Positions 53,223 to 55,978 of a stretch of 55,978 nucleotides of DNA are shown here, piece after piece. The notes under the pieces were generated by a model. It made no database searches. It was not told the origin of the DNA and saw only the letters and a program-made list of their open reading frames with translations. Both the position numbers and the translations under genes were made by a program. This DNA is from an uncultured Candidatus Saccharibacteria bacterium (lineage in GTDB: Bacteria; Patescibacteriota; Minisyncoccia; UBA6257; 2-01-FULL-56-20), in NCBI GenBank assembly GCA_964645125.1, contig CAZXZC010000001.1:1-55978 (forward strand), in the 5' to 3' direction. Numbering within the stretch: position 1 is the first letter of the stretch; each line of letters opens with the position of its first letter.

Positions 53223-55361
53223 ATGGATAGTACACAGAATCGTGGTTTTGGAAGTAGCGCGAATAATTCCGCCCCCAACCCACAAGGAAAACCGTTTCGA
53301 CGGTTTGCACGCCCTGCGCGCGATACTCGCTTTTCACCGTCTCGCCGTACCGCACCGGGGCAGTCAGGAAGTTCATACCCTGCTCGCCCACAAGGAGGTG
53401 GGCAGTCGTATGGACGCAATCGTTTTTCGGGTGGCACCCACTCGTCTTCAGGTCATACCCCCCAACCATACCGGTCAGATGCTGGCAGGTCTGGTGGTGG
53501 AAATTCTCATACTCCTCGTGGCGGTGGGTTCTCTCATTTCTCACACGGAGGTGGTAGTAGTCGCCATGGTGGTGGCGGACGCGGGCGTCGCCCTAGCGCT
53601 CCAGGAAGTGCGCCGACTCCCCTAAAAGCAGCGCCGGGAGTTGCGAAGGTGGTAAAGCGTCGCCCTGACAGCGAAAAACTAGTAGAAAGCGGTAACCCAG
53701 AGGCGTTGCGATACGCAGCCCTTGGCGGTTTAGAAGAAGTGGGGCGCAACATGATGTTTTTCGAATATAAAGATGAAATCGTCATTATTGATGCGGGCTT
53801 AGGTTTTGGTGATGAAGAAACGCCAGGCGTGGACTTTATCATTCCCAACGTTGAGTACTTACAGGCACGCAAAGAAAATATTCGCGGCATGGTGATGACG
53901 CACGGCCATTTGGATCATATTGGCGCACTGCCTTTCATTATTGAAAAGTTAGGAAACCCAATAATCTACACTACCTCACTGACCAAGGCGCTTATCGAGA
54001 AACGCCATGAAGAGTTCCCGAATTTGCCGAAGCTTAAGTTTGGCCTTATCAAAAACCGCGATGTGGTGCGCATGGGTCAGTACTTTGAGGCAGAGTTTTT
54101 TGGTGTGGCGCACAACATTCCCGACACCACTGGTATCTGTTTGAAAACCCCGGTGGGTAATATGGTGCACTTTGCCGATTTCAAAATTGACTATGATGCC
54201 GACGGTACGCCTCATGGCTTGGAAGAATATGCGGCCATTGGGGCCAAAGGTATTCATACACTGATGCTTGATAGCACTGCGTCTGTGAAACCAGGACGCT
54301 CAATGTCCGAAAAGGTTGTTGAAAAGAATTTAGAAGAACTGTTCAAAAAGGCGCCAGGCCGCGTAATCATGGTTACGTTTTCTTCAACTATTAGCCGCAT
54401 TGCCGAGGCCATCAAAATTGCGGAGCGGTTAGGCCGTCGTGTGTTTTTGAATGGCTACTCAATGAAGCAAAACATGCTCATTGCTCAAAATCTCGGCATT
54501 ATCAAACCGGCCCAGGGAACACTCCTGCCTATTGAAGAACTACCTAAATATCACGATGATAAAATCCTCGTGATCACCACGGGCGGCCAAGGAGAGCCGA
54601 ATGCGGGAGTGGCAAAGATGGTCAACGGCGAACACAAGCAGGTCGCTATTAAAGAAGGAGACACATTTGTGTTTTCGGCTTCGGTGATCCCGGGTAACGA
54701 ACGCGACTTGCAGGTACTACAAGATAACCTCTGTCGCCAAGGAGCCATTGTTATCAAGTCCAGCATGATGGACATCCACTCCAGCGGGCATGCGCCAGCC
54801 GATGACTTGCGAATGGTAATGGAGTTGATGAAGCCCAAATTCTTCCTCCCCTGCCATGGTTACTACTTTATGCGCGCGGCCAACCGTGAACTTGCTAAAG
54901 AAGCAGGTATTCCAAAAGAAAATACTCTTTTATCGGATAACGGATTGATTGTAGAAATGACACCCAACACAGCTCGGCTTACCAAAGAAATGATCCCTTC
55001 AAGCTTCATGATGGTGGACGGGCTTGGCGTGGGAGACGTAGAAGAGGTGGTGTTGCGCGACCGTAAGAGCTTGGCCGAAGAAGGCATGCTTATTGCCATT
55101 GCCACAATCTCTCGCCGTGATGGGCAGATACTGAAAAACCCAGATATTATTTCACGTGGATTTATTCACTTAAAAAATAACCAGGAGTTTGTAGAGGAGA
55201 TGCGCGAGAAAACAAAGTTTATCTTAACCAAAATTACTCAGTCAGGTACCCAACCAGACCCAGAGTATGTAAAAACGATGTTACGCGAACAGCTGGCTAA
55301 CTACATTCTCACCAAAACCCAACGCCGCCCAATGATCATTCCGGTGATTATTGAAATCTAA
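53223..55361 (+). CDS. rnj: Ribonuclease J with a roughly 160-aa R/G/S-rich N-terminal extension
   Basis: The metallo-beta-lactamase / beta-CASP core has LGGLEEVGRNMM, THGHLDHIGA and SGHA. The start is set at ATG 53223, since the track uses GTG 53166, which lies only 37 nt downstream of the tRNA 3' end. Confidence 0.95.
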   Translation: MDSTQNRGFGSSANNSAPNPQGKPFRRFARPARDTRFSPSRRTAPGQSGSSYPARPQGGGQSYGRNRFSGGTHSSSGHTPQPYRSDAGRSGGGNSHTPRGGGFSHFSHGGGSSRHGGGGRGRRPSAPGSAPTPLKAAPGVAKVVKRRPDSEKLVESGNPEALRYAALGGLEEVGRNMMFFEYKDEIVIIDAGLGFGDEETPGVDFIIPNVEYLQARKENIRGMVMTHGHLDHIGALPFIIEKLGNPIIYTTSLTKALIEKRHEEFPNLPKLKFGLIKNRDVVRMGQYFEAEFFGVAHNIPDTTGICLKTPVGNMVHFADFKIDYDADGTPHGLEEYAAIGAKGIHTLMLDSTASVKPGRSMSEKVVEKNLEELFKKAPGRVIMVTFSSTISRIAEAIKIAERLGRRVFLNGYSMKQNMLIAQNLGIIKPAQGTLLPIEELPKYHDDKILVITTGGQGEPNAGVAKMVNGEHKQVAIKEGDTFVFSASVIPGNERDLQVLQDNLCRQGAIVIKSSMMDIHSSGHAPADDLRMVMELMKPKFFLPCHGYYFMRAANRELAKEAGIPKENTLLSDNGLIVEMTPNTARLTKEMIPSSFMMVDGLGVGDVEEVVLRDRKSLAEEGMLIAIATISRRDGQILKNPDIISRGFIHLKNNQEFVEEMREKTKFILTKITQSGTQPDPEYVKTMLREQLANYILTKTQRRPMIIPVIIEI

Positions 55362-55403
55362 TCTAGTAAATAGGTTTTAGCCAAAAGCCAATAGTGAGTA
55401 CAT

Positions 55404-55450
55404 AAAACCCCAGCCTTAATAATAAGGCTGGGGTTTTAGATTCTTTTTAT
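55404..55450 (+). terminator. Rho-independent terminator after rnj
   Basis: A 15-bp stem pairs aaaaccccagcctta (55404-55418) with taaggctggggtttt (55423-55437) around the loop ataa. It is followed by agattcttttt. Confidence 0.85.
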
Positions 55451-55476
55451 GCCTGTGGCAGTATGATCTTTTTGTC

Positions 55477-55830
55477 ATGCTTACTTCATATAAAGATCTT
55501 GTGGTTTGGCAGAAGAGTATCGATTTGGTTGTTGAAGTTTATACTCTTACTCGCCAGCTTCCAAAAAGTGAATTGTACGGAATAGTAAGTCAGATGCGGC
55601 GAGCTGCCATTTCTATGCCATCTAATATTGCCGAAGGGTATTCTCGCAAGCATAAACAAGAGTATGCTCAGTTTATTCGTATTGCCCTTGCTTCAGCTGC
55701 TGAACTTGAAACACAAATTATCATTTGTAAGCGGCTTGGCTATATGAATAACAATTTTCTACCATTGGATGATTTGCTTACCCAAACAATGAAAATGCTG
55801 CGTGCGCTAAACAAGGCTTTAAAAACGTAA
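55477..55830 (+). CDS. Four-helix-bundle protein (23S rRNA intervening-sequence protein family)
   Basis: The 117-aa protein reads YKDLVVWQKSIDLVVEVY.LT..LPK.E.YGIVSQMRRAAISMPSNIAEGYSR....EY.QFI.IALASAAELETQ, which is canonical for the family. Confidence 0.9.
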   Translation: MLTSYKDLVVWQKSIDLVVEVYTLTRQLPKSELYGIVSQMRRAAISMPSNIAEGYSRKHKQEYAQFIRIALASAAELETQIIICKRLGYMNNNFLPLDDLLTQTMKMLRALNKALKT

Positions 55831-55896
55831 TTTTTTATAGTATTCTGTTTTCATATTATTCCTATTGGCTATTGGCCATACCCTCTACCCTTTCTT

Positions 55897-55978
55897 ATGT
55901 CTTTGCCCCGTTTAGTTTCAGGCATTCAACCATCGGGACGCCTCCATATCGGCAACTATCTTGGCGTTTTGAAAAATC
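55897..55978 (+). CDS. trpS: Tryptophan--tRNA ligase, N-terminal 27 codons (runs off the window)
   Basis: My own translation from ATG 55897 gives MSLPRLVSGIQPSGRLHIGNYLGVLKN. The segment SGIQPSG.LH(I/L)GNY is the class I HIGH region typical of TrpRS. Confidence 0.75.
   Translation, partial: MSLPRLVSGIQPSGRLHIGNYLGVLKN

Noticed and set aside
1-55978. A search for CRISPR arrays, transposases, integrases, phage structural genes, toxin-antitoxin pairs and known defence-system signatures.
   Set aside because: I saw no regularly spaced direct repeats and no recombinase, transposase or Cas-like ORFs. The RHH gene has no adjacent toxin-like partner, since its neighbour is a SemiSWEET. The holin-family gene is an isolated DUF360-type membrane protein next to secG, with no lysis cassette.

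Overview
The window is a compact, gene-dense bacterial segment. Its gene content resembles Candidate Phyla Radiation / Patescibacteria, but that is inference only, because there is no rRNA here to confirm it. I saw no CRISPR array, transposase, integrase or prophage. Housekeeping genes sit at both flanks. Left flank: a giant surface protein, clpB with a CIRCE operator, htrA, glyA, folD, pyrG and a short uvrC. Right flank: rny, gpmI, secG, a family-5 solute-binding protein, tRNA-Leu(CAG), rnj, a four-helix-bundle gene and the start of trpS. Between them, from about 15.6 to 47.2 kb, lies a roughly 31-kb surface-glycan island of the Wzx / O-antigen-ligase type. It holds an initiating phosphoglycosyl transferase, a flippase, three GT2, one GT9, one GT10 and one GT11. 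It also encodes GDP-fucose synthesis (gmd, fcl), a partial heptose pathway (gmhA plus a kinase only), and an amino / C-methyl deoxysugar module with four methyltransferases. The most unusual part is a tightly packed plus-strand operon: RHH, SemiSWEET, ATP sulfurylase, an alkaline-phosphatase-family phosphodiesterase, a C-domain-less pyruvate kinase, APS kinase and GT10. This operon should make PAPS inside the glycan island, yet I cannot find a canonical sulfotransferase. Two small proteins share a C-terminal LKxLGY[LM] tail, and each sits upstream of an alkaline-phosphatase-superfamily enzyme. Other points worth a look are three structured intergenic elements and a terminator-bounded Nudix-like/HD insertion. 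There is also an IVS-like inverted-repeat cassette, an RG-rich N-terminal extension on RNase J, and promoter spacing that suggests leaderless transcripts.
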